Shown: one piece after another, positions 12,101 through 25,159 of the stretch
Layout: each line of letters opens with the position of its first letter
Numbering within the stretch: the stretch's first letter is position 1
From: Auanema rhodensis
Lineage: Eukaryota > Animalia > Nematoda
DNA: 64,000 nucleotides
NCBI GenBank assembly: GCA_964057225.1
Contig: OZ059900.1
Location: 17,918,001 to 17,982,000 of the forward strand
Direction of reading: 5' to 3'
The notes under the pieces: model-generated
Database searches by the model: none
Seen by the model: only the letters and a program-made list of their open reading frames with translations
Told to the model about the DNA's origin: nothing
Translations under genes and position numbers: made by a program

Positions 12101-15100
12101 TTTCTCATGGGAAAAACTGTGTTTTTGTATTTTTCTAGTGTTCAGCATGTAAAATGCTTCATTTTAGTATGTAACACGCTGAAATTCGTTGCATTTGACG
12201 ACTCATATGAACAAAAATCGATTTAATCAATATTAGCCATAAGGGGCGTGCCCTCAGAATATGCTAATTTCCTTAATTTTCTAACCCCTGTTTTTTTGTC
12301 GTGAAAGTGGAACTAGACGTTGTTCGAACAATTTTGAGCTAGGTTTCATTGACATTGCATGAGTTTGAACTCATGAAATCGTAAGTCAAAACCTTGTTTA
12401 CAGCGAAATTTCCAAAAACTGGTTTTCCAGCATAATAAAATATTTCTCATGTTAAAAACTGTGTTTTTGTATTTTTCTAGTGTTCAGCATGTAAAATGCT
12501 TCAATTTAGTATGTAACACGCTGAAATTCGTTGCATTTGACGACTCATATGAACAAAAATCGATTTAATCAATATTAGCCATAAGGGGCGTGCCCTCAGA
12601 ATATGCTAATTTCCTTAATTTTCTAACCCCTGTTTTTTTGTCGTGAAAGTGGAATTAGACGTTGTAGGAACAATTTTGAGCTAGGTTTCATTGACATTGC
12701 ATGAGTTTGAACACATGAAATCGTAAGTCAAAACCTTGTTTACAGCGAAATTTCCAAAAACTGGTTTTCCAGCATAATAAAATATTTCTCATGGGAAATA
12801 CTGTGTTTTTGTATTTTTCTAGTGTTCAGCATGTAAAATGCTTCATTTTAGTATGTAACACGCTGAAATTCGTTGCATTTGACGACTCATATGAACAAAA
12901 ATCGATTTAATCAATATTAGCCATAAGGGGCGTGCCCTCAGAATATGCTAATTTCCTTAATTTTCTAACCCCTGTTTTTTGTCGTGAAAGTGGAACTAGA
13001 CGTTGTAGGAACAATTTTGAGCTAGGTTTCATTGACATTGCATGAGTTTGAACACATGAAATCGTAAGTCAAAACCTTGTTTACAGCGAAATTTCCAAAA
13101 ACTGGTTTTCCAGCATAATAAAATATTTCTCATGGGAAATACTGTGTTTTTGTATTTTTCTAGTGTTCAGCATGTAAAACACTTCATTTTAGTATGTAAC
13201 ACGCTGAAATTCAATGCATTTGACGAATCATATGAACAAAAATCGATTTAATCAATATAAGCCATAGAGGCGTGCCCTCAGAATATGCTAATTTCCTTAA
13301 TTTTCTAACCCCTGTTTTTTGTCGTGAAAGTGGAACTAGACGTTGTAGGAACAATTTTGAGCTAGGTTTCATTGACATTGCATGAGTTTGAACACATGAA
13401 ATCGTAAGTCAAAACCTTGTTTACAGCGAAATTTCCAAAAACTGGTTTTCCAGCATAATAAAATATTTCTCATGGGAAATACTGTGTTTTTGTATTTTTC
13501 TAGTGTTCAGCATGTAAAATACTTCATTTTAGTATGTAACACGCTGAAATTCGTTGCATTTGACGACTCATATGAACAAAAATCGATTTAATCAATATTA
13601 GCCATAAGGGGCGTGCCCTCAGAATGTGCTAATTTCCTTAATTTTCTAACCCCTGTTTTTTTGTCGTGAAAGTGGAATTAGACGTTGTAGGAACAATTTT
13701 GAGCTAGGTTTCATTGACATTGCATGAGTTTGAACACATGAAATCGTAAGTCAAAACCTTGTTTACAGCGAACTTTCCAAAAACTGGTTTTCCAGCATAA
13801 TAAAATATTTCTCATGGGAAATACTGTGTTTTTGTATTTTTATAGTGTTCAGCATGTAAAATGCTTCATTTTAGTATGTAACACCCTGAAATTCGTTTCA
13901 TTTGACGACTCATATGAACAAAAATCGATTTAATCAATATTAGCCATAAGGGGCGTGCTCTCAGAATATGCTAATTTCCTAAATTTTCTAACCCCTGTTT
14001 TTTTGTCGTGAAAGTGGAACTAGACGTTGTAGGAACAATTTTGAGCTAGGTTTCATTGACATTGCATGAGTTTGAACACATGAAATCGTAAGTCAAAACC
14101 TTGTTTACAGCGAAATTTCCAAAAACTGGTTTTCCAGCATAATAAAATATTTCTCATGGGAAAAACTGTGTTTTTGTATTTTTCTAGTGTTCAGCATGTA
14201 AAATGCTTCGTTTTAGTATGTAACACGCTGAAATTTGTTGCATTTGACGACTCATATGAACAAAAATCGATTTAATCAATATTAGCCATAAGGGGCGTGC
14301 CCTCAGAATATGCTAATTTCCTTAATTTTCTAACCCCTGTTTTTTTGTCGTGAAAGTGGAACTAGACGTTGTAGGAACAATTTTGAGCAAGGTTTCATTG
14401 ACATTGCATGAGTTTGAACACATGAAATCGTAAGTCAAAACCTTGTTTACAGCGAAATTTCCAAAAACTGGTTTTCCAGCATAATAAAATATTTCTCATG
14501 GGAAATACTGTGTTTTTGTATTTTTCTAGTGTTCAGCATGTAAAATGCTTCATTTTAGTATGTAACACGCTAAAATTCGTTGCATTTGACGACTCATATG
14601 AACAAAAATCGATTTAATCAATATTAGCCATAAGGGGCGTGCCCTCAGAATATGCTAATTTCCTTAATTTTCTAACCCCTGTTTTTTTGTCGTGAAAGTG
14701 GAACTAGACGTTGTAGGAACAATTTTGAGCTAGGTTTCATTGACATTGCATGAGTTTGAACACATGAAATCGTAAGTCAAAACCTTGTTTACAGCGAAAT
14801 TTCCAAAAACTGGTTTTCCAGCATAATAAAATATTTCTCATGGGAAATACTGTGTTTTTGTATTTTTCTAGTGTTCAGCATGTAAAATACTTCATTTTAG
14901 TATGTAACACGCTGAAATTCGTTGCATTTGACGACTCATATGAACAAAAATCGATTTAATCAATATTAGCCATAAGGGGCGTGCCCTCAGAATGTGCTAA
15001 TTTCCTTAATTTTCTAACCCCTGTTTTTTTGTCGTGAAAGTGGAATTAGACGTTGTAGGAACAATTTTGAGCTAGGTTTCATTGACATTGCATGAGTTTG

Positions 15101-18100
15101 AACACATGAAATCGTAAGTCAAAACCTTGTTTACAGCGAACTTTCCAAAAACTGGTTTTCCAGCATAATAAAATATTTCTCATGGGAAATACTGTGTTTT
15201 TGTATTTTTATAGTGTTCAGCATGTAAAATGCTTCATTTTAGTATGTAACACCCTGAAATTCGTTTCATTTGACGACTCATATGAACAAAAATCGATTTA
15301 ATCAATATTAGCCATAAGGGGCGTGCCCTCAGAATATGCTAATTTCCTTAATTTTCTAACCCCTGTTTTTTTGTCGTGAAAGTGGAACTAGACGTTGTAG
15401 GAACAATTTTGAGCAAGGTTTCATTGACATTGCATGAGTTTGAACACATGAAATCGTAAGTCAAAACCTTGTTTACAGCGAAATTTCCAAAAACTGGTTT
15501 TCCAGCATAATAAAATATTTCTCATGGGAAATACTGTGTTTTTGTATTTTTCTAGTGTTCAGCATGTGAAATACTTCATTTTAGTATGTAACACGCTGAA
15601 ATTCGTTGCATTTGACGACTCATATGAACAAAAATCGATTTAATCAATATTAGCCATAAGGGGCGTGCCCTCAGAATATGCTAATTTCCTAAATTTTCTA
15701 ACCCCTGTTTTTTTGTCGTGAAAGTGGAACTAGACGTTGTAGGAACAATTTTGAGCTAGGTTTCATTGACATTGCATGAGTTTGAACACATGAAATCGTA
15801 AGTCAAAACCTTGTTTACAGCGAAATTTCCAAAAACTGGTTTTCCAGCATAATAAAATATTTCTCATGGGAAAAACTGTGTTTTTGTATTTTTCTAGTGT
15901 TCAGCATGTAAAATGCTTCATTTTAGTATGTAACACGCTGAAATTTGTTGCATTTGACGACTCATATGAACAAAAATCGATTTAATCAATATTAGCCATA
16001 AGGGGCGTGCCCTCAGAATATGCTAATTTCCTTAATTTTCTAACCCCTGTTTTTTTGTCGTGAAAGTGGAACTAGACGTTGTAGGAACAATTTTGAGCAA
16101 GGTTTCATTGACATTGCATGAGTTTGAACACATGAAATCGTAAGTCAAAACCTTGTTTACAGCGAAATTTCCAAAAACTGGTTTTCCAGCATAATAAAAT
16201 ATTTCTCATGGGAAATACTGTGTTTTTGTATTTTTCTAGTGTTCAGCATGTAAAATGCTTCATTTTAGTATGTAACACGCTAAAATTCGTTGCATTTGAC
16301 GACTCATATGAACAAAAATCGATTTAATCAATATTAGCCATAAGGGGCGTGCCCTCAGAATATGCTAATTTCCTTAATTTTCTAACCCCTGTTTTTTTGT
16401 CGTGAAAGTGGAACTAGACGTTGTACGAACAATTTTGAGCTAGGTTTCATTGACATTGCATGAGTTTGAACACATGAAATCGTAAGTCAAAACCTTGTTT
16501 ACAGCGAAATTTCCAAAAACTGGTTTTCCAGCATAATAAAATATTTCTCATGGGAAATACTGTGTTTTTGTATTTTTCTAGTGTTCAGCATGTAAAATGC
16601 TTCATTTTAGTATGTGACACGCTAAAATTCGTTGCATTTGACGACTCATATGAACAAAAATCGATTTAATCAATATTAGCCATAAGGGGCGTGCCCTCAG
16701 AATATGCTAATTTCCTTAATTTTCTAACCCCTGTTTTTTTGTCGTGAAAGTGGAATTAGACGTTGTAGGAACAATTTTGAGCTAGGTTTCATTGACATTG
16801 CATGAGTTTGAACACATGAAATCGTAAGTCAAAACCTTGTTTACAGCTAAATTTCCAAAAACTGGTTTTCCAGCATAATAAAATATTTCTCATGGGAAAT
16901 ACTGTGTTTTTGTATTTTTATAGTGTTCAGCATGTAAAATGCTTCATTTTAGTATGTAACACGCTGAAATTCGTTGCATTTGACGACTCATATGAACAAA
17001 AATCGATTTAATCAATATTAGCCATAAGGGGCGTGCCCTCAGAATATGCTAATTTCCTTAATTTTCTAACCCCTGTTTTTTTGTCGTGAAAGTGGAATTA
17101 GACGTTGTAGGAACAATTTTGAGCTAGGTTTCATTGACATTGCATGAGTTTGAACACATGAAATCGTAAGTCAAAACCTTGTTTACAGCGAAATTTCCAA
17201 AAACTGGTTTTCCAGCATAATAAAATATTTCTCATGGGAAATACTGTGTTTTTGTATTTTTCTAGGGTTCAGCATGTAAAATGCTTCATTTTAGTATGTA
17301 ACACGCTGAAATTCGTTGCATTTGACGACTCATATGAACAAAAATCGATTTAATCAATATTAGCCATAAGGGGCGTGCCCTCAGAATATGCTAATTTCCT
17401 TAATTTTCTAACCCCTGTTTTTTGTCGTGAAAGTGGAACTAGACGTTGTAGGAACAATTTTGAGCTAGGTTTCATTGACATTGCATGAGTTTGAACACAT
17501 GAAATCGTAAGTCAAAACCTTGTTTACAGCGAAATTTCCAAAAACTGGTTTTCCAGCATAATAAAATATTTCTCATGGGAAATACTGTGTTTTTGTATTT
17601 TTCTAGTGTTCAGCATGTAAAACACTTCATTTTAGTATGTAACACGCTGAAATTCAATGCATTTGACGAATCATATGAACAAAAATCGATTTAATCAATA
17701 TAAGCCATAGAGGCGTGCCCTCAGAATATGCTAATTTCCTTAATTTTCTAACCCCTGTTTTTTGTCGTGAAAGTGGAACTAGACGTTGTAGGAACAATTT
17801 TGAGCTAGGTTTCATTGACATTGCATGAGTTTGAACACATGAAATCGTAAGTCAAAACCTTGTTTACAGCGAAATTTCCAAAAACTGGTTTTCCAGCATA
17901 ATAAAATATTTCTCATGGGAAATACTGTGTTTTTGTATTTTTCTAGTGTTCAGCATGTAAAATACTTCATTTTAGTATGTAACACGCTGAAATTCGTTGC
18001 ATTTGACGACTCATATGAACAAAAATCGATTTAATCAATATTAGCCATAAGGGGCGTGCCCTCAGAATGTGCTAATTTCCTTAATTTTCTAACCCCTGTT

Positions 18101-19130
18101 TTTTTGTCGTGAAAGTGGAATTAGACGTTGTAGGAACAATTTTGAGCTAGGTTTCATTGACATTGCATGAGTTTGAACACATGAAATCGTAAGTCAAAAC
18201 CTTGTTTACAGCGAACTTTCCAAAAACTGGTTTTCCAGCATAATAAAATATTTCTCATGGGAAATACTGTGTTTTTGTATTTTTATAGTGTTCAGCATGT
18301 AAAATGCTTCATTTTAGTATGTAACACCCTGAAATTCGTTTCATTTGACGACTCATATGAACAAAAATCGATTTAATCAATATTAGCCATAAGGGGCGTG
18401 CCCTCAGAATATGCTAATTTCCTTAATTTTCTAACCCCTGTTTTTTTGTCGTGAAAGTGGAACTAGACGTTGTAGGAACAATTTTGAGCAAGGTTTCATT
18501 GACATTGCATGAGTTTGAACACATGAAATCGTAAGTCAAAACCTTGTTTACAGCGAAATTTCCAAAAACTGGTTTTCCAGCATAATAAAATATTTCTCAT
18601 GGGAAATACTGTGTTTTTGTATTTTTCTAGTGTTCAGCATGTGAAATACTTCATTTTAGTATGTAACACGCTGAAATTCGTTGCATTTGACGACTCATAT
18701 GAACAAAAATCGATTTAATCAATATTAGCCATAAGGGGCGTGCCCTCAGAATATGCTAATTTCCTTAATTTTCTAACCCCTGTTTTTTTGTCGTGAAAGT
18801 GGAATTAGACGTTGTAGGAACAATTTTGAGCTAGGTTTCATTGACATTGCATGAGTTTGAACACATGAAATCGTAAGTCAAAACCTTGTTTACAGCGAAA
18901 TTTCCAAAAACTGGTTTTCCAGCATAATAAAATATTTCTCATGGGAAATACTGTGTTTTTGTATTTTTCTAGTGTTCAGCATGTAAAATACTCCATTATA
19001 GTATGTAACACGCTGAAATTCGTTGCATTTGACGACTCATATGAACAAAAATCGATTTAATCAATATAAGCCATAAGGGGCGTGCCCTCAGAATATGCTA
19101 ATTTCCTTAATTTTCTAACCCCTGTTTTTT

Positions 19131-19411
19131 GTCGTGAAAGTGGAACTAGACGTTGTAGGAACAATTTTGAGCTAGGTTTCATTGACATTGCATGAGTTCG
19201 AACACATGAAATCGTAAGTCAAAACCTTGTTTACAGCGAAATTTCCAAAAACTGTTCAGCATGTAAAATGCTTCATTTTAGTATGTAACACGCTAAAATT
19301 CGTTGCATTTGACGACTCATATGAACAAAAATCGATTTAATCAATATTAGCCATAAGGGGCGTGCCCTCAGAATATGCTAATTTCCTTAATTTTCTAACC
19401 CCTGTTTTTTT
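19131..19411 (+). repeat. Truncated 281-bp monomer (61-bp internal deletion), copy 1
   Basis: Reads CCAAAAACTGTTCAGCATG instead of CCAAAAACTG[61 bp]TTCAGCATG; the junction TG is at 19253-19254. Confidence 0.96.
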
Positions 19412-22400
19412 GTCGTGAAAGTGGAATTAGACGTTGTAGGAACAATTTTGAGCTAGGTTTCATTGACATTGCATGAGTTTGAACACATGAAATCGTAAGT
19501 CAAAACCTTGTTTACAGCGAAATTTCCAAAAACTGGTTTTCCAGCATAATAAAATATTTCTCATGGGAAATACTGTGTTTTTGTATTTTTATAGTGTTCA
19601 GCATGTAAAATGCTTCATTTTAGTATGTAACACGCTGAAATTCGTTGCATTTGACGACTCATATGAACAAAAATCGATTTAATCAATATAAGCCATAAGG
19701 GGCGTGCCCTCAGAATATGCTAATTTCCTTAATTTTCTAACCCCTGTTTTTTGTCGTGAAAGTGGAACTAGACGTTGTAGGAACAATTTTGAGCTAGGTT
19801 TCATTGACATTGCATGAGTTTGAACACATGAAATCGTAAGTCAAAACCTTGTTTACAGCGAAATTTCCAAAAACTGGTTTTCCAGCATAATAAAATATTT
19901 CTCATGGGAAATACTGTGTTTTTGTATTTTTCTAGTGTTCAGCATGTAAAATGCTTCATTTTAGTATGTAACACGCTGAAATTCGTTGCATTTGACGACT
20001 CATATGAACAAAAATCGATTTAATCAATATTAGCCATAAGGGGCGTGCCCTCAGAATATGCTAATTTCCTAAATTTTCTAACCCCTGTTTTTTTGTCGTG
20101 AAAGTGGAACTAGACGTTGTAGGAACAATTTTGAGCTAGGTTTCATTGACATTGCATGAGTTTGAACACATGAAATCGTAAGTCAAAACCTTGTTTACAG
20201 CGAAATTTCCAAAAACTGGTTTTCCAGCATAATAAAATATTTCTCATGGGAAAAACTGTGTTTTTGTATTTTTCTAGTGTTCAGCTTGTAAAATGCTTCA
20301 TTTTAGTATGTAACACGCTGAAATTTGTTGCATTTGACGACTCATATGAACAAAAATCGATTTAATCAATATTAGCCATAAGGGGCGTGCCCTCAGAATA
20401 TGCTAATTTCCTAAATTTTCTAACCCCTGTTTTTTTGTCGTGAAAGTGGAACTAGACGTTGTAGGAACAATTTTGAGCTAGGTTTCATTGACATTGCATG
20501 AGTTTGAACACATGAAATCGTAAGTCAAAACCTTGTTTACAGCGAAATTTCCAAAAACTGGTTTTCCAGCATAATAAAATATTTCTCATGGGAAAAACTG
20601 TGTTTTTGTATTTTTCTAGTGTTCAGCTTGTAAAATGCTTCATTTTAGTATGTAACACGCTGAAATTTGTTGCATTTGACGACTCATATGAACAAAAATC
20701 GATTTAATCAATATTAGCCATAAGGGGCGTGCCCTCAGAATATGCTAATTTCCTTAATTTTCTAACCCCTGTTTTTTTGTCGTGAAAGTGGAATTAGACG
20801 TTGTAGGAACAATTTTGAGCTAGGTTTCATTGACATTGCATGAGTTTGAGCACATGAAATCGTAAGTCAAAACCTTGTTTACAGCGAAATTTCCAAAAAC
20901 TGGTTTTCCAGCATAATAAAATATTTCTCATGGGAAATACTGTGTTTTTGTATTTTTCTAGTGTTCAGCATGTAAAATACTTCATTTTAGTATGTAACAC
21001 TCTGAAATTCGTTGCATTTGACGACTCATATGAACAAAAATCGATTTAATCAATATTAGCCATAAGGGGCGTGCCCTCAGAATGTGCTAATTTCCTTAAT
21101 TTTCTAACCCCTGTTTTTTTGTCGTGAAAGTGGAATTAGACGTTGTAGGAACAATTTTGAGCTAGGTTTCATTGACATTGCATGAGTTTGAACACATGAA
21201 ATCGTAAGTCAAAACCTTGTTTACAGCGAACTTTCCAAAAACTGGTTTTCCAGCATAATAAAATATTTCTCATGGGAAATACTGTGTTTTTGTATTTTTA
21301 TAGTGTTCAGCATGTAAAATGCTTCATTTTAGTATGTAACACCCTGAAATTCGTTTCATTTGACGACTCATATGAACAAAAATCGATTTAATCAATATTA
21401 GCCATAAGGGGCGTGCCCTCAGAATATGCTAATTTCCTTAATTTTCTAACCCCTGTTTTTTTGTCGTGAAAGTGGAACTAGACGTTGTAGGAACAATTTT
21501 GAGCAAGGTTTCATTGACATTGCATGAGTTTGAACACATGAAATCGTAAGTCAAAACCTTGTTTACAGCGAAATTTCCAAAAACTGGTTTTCCAGCATAA
21601 TAAAATATTTCTCATGGGAAATACTGTGTTTTTGTATTTTTCTAGTGTTCAGCATGTAAAACACTTCATTTTAGTATGTAACACGCTGAAATTCAATGCA
21701 TTTGACGAATCATATGAACAAAAATCGATTTAATCAATATAAGCCATAGAGGCGTGCCCTCAGAATATGCTAATTTCCTTAATTTTCTAACCCCTGTTTT
21801 TTGTCGTGAAAGTGGAACTAGACGTTGTAGGAACAATTTTGAGCTAGGTTTCATTGACATTGCATGAGTTTGAACACATGAAATCGTAAGTCAAAACCTT
21901 GTTTACAGCGAAATTTCCAAAAACTGGTTTTCCAGCATAATAAAATATTTCTCATGGGAAATACTGTGTTTTTGTATTTTTCTAGTGTTCAGCATGTAAA
22001 ATACTTCATTTTAGTATGTAACACGCTGAAATTCGTTGCATTTGACGACTCATATGAACAAAAATCGATTTAATCAATATTAGCCATAAGGGGCGTGCCC
22101 TCAGAATGTGCTAATTTCCTTAATTTTCTAACCCCTGTTTTTTTGTCGTGAAAGTGGAATTAGACGTTGTAGGAACAATTTTGAGCTAGGTTTCATTGAC
22201 ATTGCATGAGTTTGAACACATGAAATCGTAAGTCAAAACCTTGTTTACAGCGAACTTTCCAAAAACTGGTTTTCCAGCATAATAAAATATTTCTCATGGG
22301 AAATACTGTGTTTTTGTATTTTTATAGTGTTCAGCATGTAAAATGCTTCATTTTAGTATGTAACACCCTGAAATTCGTTTCATTTGACGACTCATATGAA

Positions 22401-23169
22401 CAAAAATCGATTTAATCAATATTAGCCATAAGGGGCGTGCCCTCAGAATATGCTAATTTCCTTAATTTTCTAACCCCTGTTTTTTTGTCGTGAAAGTGGA
22501 ACTAGACGTTGTAGGAACAATTTTGAGCAAGGTTTCATTGACATTGCATGAGTTTGAACACATGAAATCGTAAGTCAAAACCTTGTTTACAGCGAAATTT
22601 CCAAAAACTGGTTTTCCAGCATAATAAAATATTTCTCATGGGAAATACTGTGTTTTTGTATTTTTCTAGTGTTCAGCATGTGAAATACTTCATTTTAGTA
22701 TGTAACACGCTGAAATTCGTTGCATTTGACGACTCATATGAACAAAAATCGATTTAATCAATATTAGCCATAAGGGGCGTGCCCTCAGAATATGCTAATT
22801 TCCTTAATTTTCTAACCCCTGTTTTTTTGTCGTGAAAGTGGAATTAGACGTTGTAGGAACAATTTTGAGCTAGGTTTCATTGACATTGCATGAGTTTGAA
22901 CACATGAAATCGTAAGTCAAAACCTTGTTTACAGCGAAATTTCCAAAAACTGGTTTTCCAGCATAATAAAATATTTCTCATGGGAAATACTGTGTTTTTG
23001 TATTTTTCTAGTGTTCAGCATGTAAAATACTCCATTATAGTATGTAACACGCTGAAATTCGTTGCATTTGACGACTCATATGAACAAAAATCGATTTAAT
23101 CAATATAAGCCATAAGGGGCGTGCCCTCAGAATATGCTAATTTCCTTAATTTTCTAACCCCTGTTTTTT

Positions 23170-23450
23170 GTCGTGAAAGTGGAACTAGACGTTGTAGGAA
23201 CAATTTTGAGCTAGGTTTCATTGACATTGCATGAGTTCGAACACATGAAATCGTAAGTCAAAACCTTGTTTACAGCGAAATTTCCAAAAACTGTTCAGCA
23301 TGTAAAATGCTTCATTTTAGTATGTAACACGCTAAAATTCGTTGCATTTGACGACTCATATGAACAAAAATCGATTTAATCAATATTAGCCATAAGGGGC
23401 GTGCCCTCAGAATATGCTAATTTCCTTAATTTTCTAACCCCTGTTTTTTT
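23170..23450 (+). repeat. Truncated 281-bp monomer (61-bp internal deletion), copy 2
   Basis: Same junction at 23292-23293 and the same linked variants (GTTCGAA, GCTAAAA) as copy 1. Confidence 0.96.
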
Positions 23451-25159
23451 GTCGTGAAAGTGGAATTAGACGTTGTAGGAACAATTTTGAGCTAGGTTTC
23501 ATTGACATTGCATGAGTTTGAACACATGAAATCGTAAGTCAAAACCTTGTTTACAGCGAAATTTCCAAAAACTGGTTTTCCAGCATAATAAAATATTTCT
23601 CATGGGAAATACTGTGTTTTTGTATTTTTATAGTGTTCAGCATGTAAAATGCTTCATTTTAGTATGTAACACGCTGAAATTCGTTGCATTTGACGACTCA
23701 TATGAACAAAAATCGATTTAATCAATATAAGCCATAAGGGGCGTGCCCTCAGAATATGCTAATTTCCTTAATTTTCTAACCCCTGTTTTTTGTCGTGAAA
23801 GTGGAACTAGACGTTGTAGGAACAATTTTGAGCTAGGTTTCATTGACATTGCATGAGTTTGAACACATGAAATCGTAAGTCAAAACCTTGTTTACAGCGA
23901 AATTTCCAAAAACTGGTTTTCCAGCATAATAAAATATTTCTCATAGGAAATACTGTGTTTTTGTATTTTTCTAGTGTTCAGCATGTAAAATACTTCATTT
24001 TAGTATGTAACACGCTGAAATTCGTTGCATTTGACGACTCATATGAACAAAAATCGATTTAATCAATATTAGCCATAAGGGGCGTGCCCTCAGAATATGC
24101 TAATTTCCTTAATTTTCTAACCCCTGTTTTTTTGTCGTGAAAGTGGAATTAGACGTTGTAGGAACAATTTTGAGCTAGGTTTCATTGACATTGCATGAGT
24201 TTGAACACATGAAATCGTAAGTCAAAACCTTGTTTACAGCGAAATTTCCAAAAACTGGTTTTCCAGCATAATAAAATATTTCTCATGGGAAATACTGTGT
24301 TTTTGTATTTTTCTAGTGTTCAGCATGTAAAATGCTTCATTTTAGTATGTAACACGCTGAAATTTGTTGCATTTGACGACTCATATGAACAAAAATCGAT
24401 TTAATCAATATTAGCCATAAGGGGCGTGCCCTCAGAATATGCTAATTTCCTAAATTTTCTAACCCCTGTTTTTTTGTCGTGAAAGTGGAACTAGACGTTG
24501 TAGGAACAATTTTGAGCTAGGTTTCATTGACATTGCATGAGTTTGAACACATGAAATCGTAAGTCAAAACCTTGTTTACAGCGAAATTTCCAAAAACTGG
24601 TTTTCCAGCATAATAAAATATTTCTCATGGGAAAAACTGTGTTTTTGTATTTTTCTAGTGTTCAGCTTGTAAAATGCTTCATTTTAGTATGTAACACGCT
24701 GAAATTTGTTGCATTTGACGACTCATATGAACAAAAATCGATTTAATCAATATTAGCCATAAGGGGCGTGCCCTCAGAATATGCTAATTTCCTTAATTTT
24801 CTAACCCCTGTTTTTTTGTCGTGAAAGTGGAACTAGACGTTGTACGAACAATTTTGAGCTAGGTTTCATTGACATTGCATGAGTTTGAACACATGAAATC
24901 GTAAGTCAAAACCTTGTTTACAGCGAAATTTCCAAAAACTGGTTTTCCAGCATAATAAAATATTTCTCATGGGAAATACTGTGTTTTTGTATTTTTCTAG
25001 TGTTCAGCATGTAAAATGCTTCATTTTAGTATGTAACACGGTAAAATTCGTTGCATTTGACGACTCATATGAACAAAAATCGATTTAATCAATATTAGCC
25101 ATAAGGGGCGTGCCCTCAGAATATGCTAATTTCCTTAATTTTCTAACCCCTGTTTTTTT

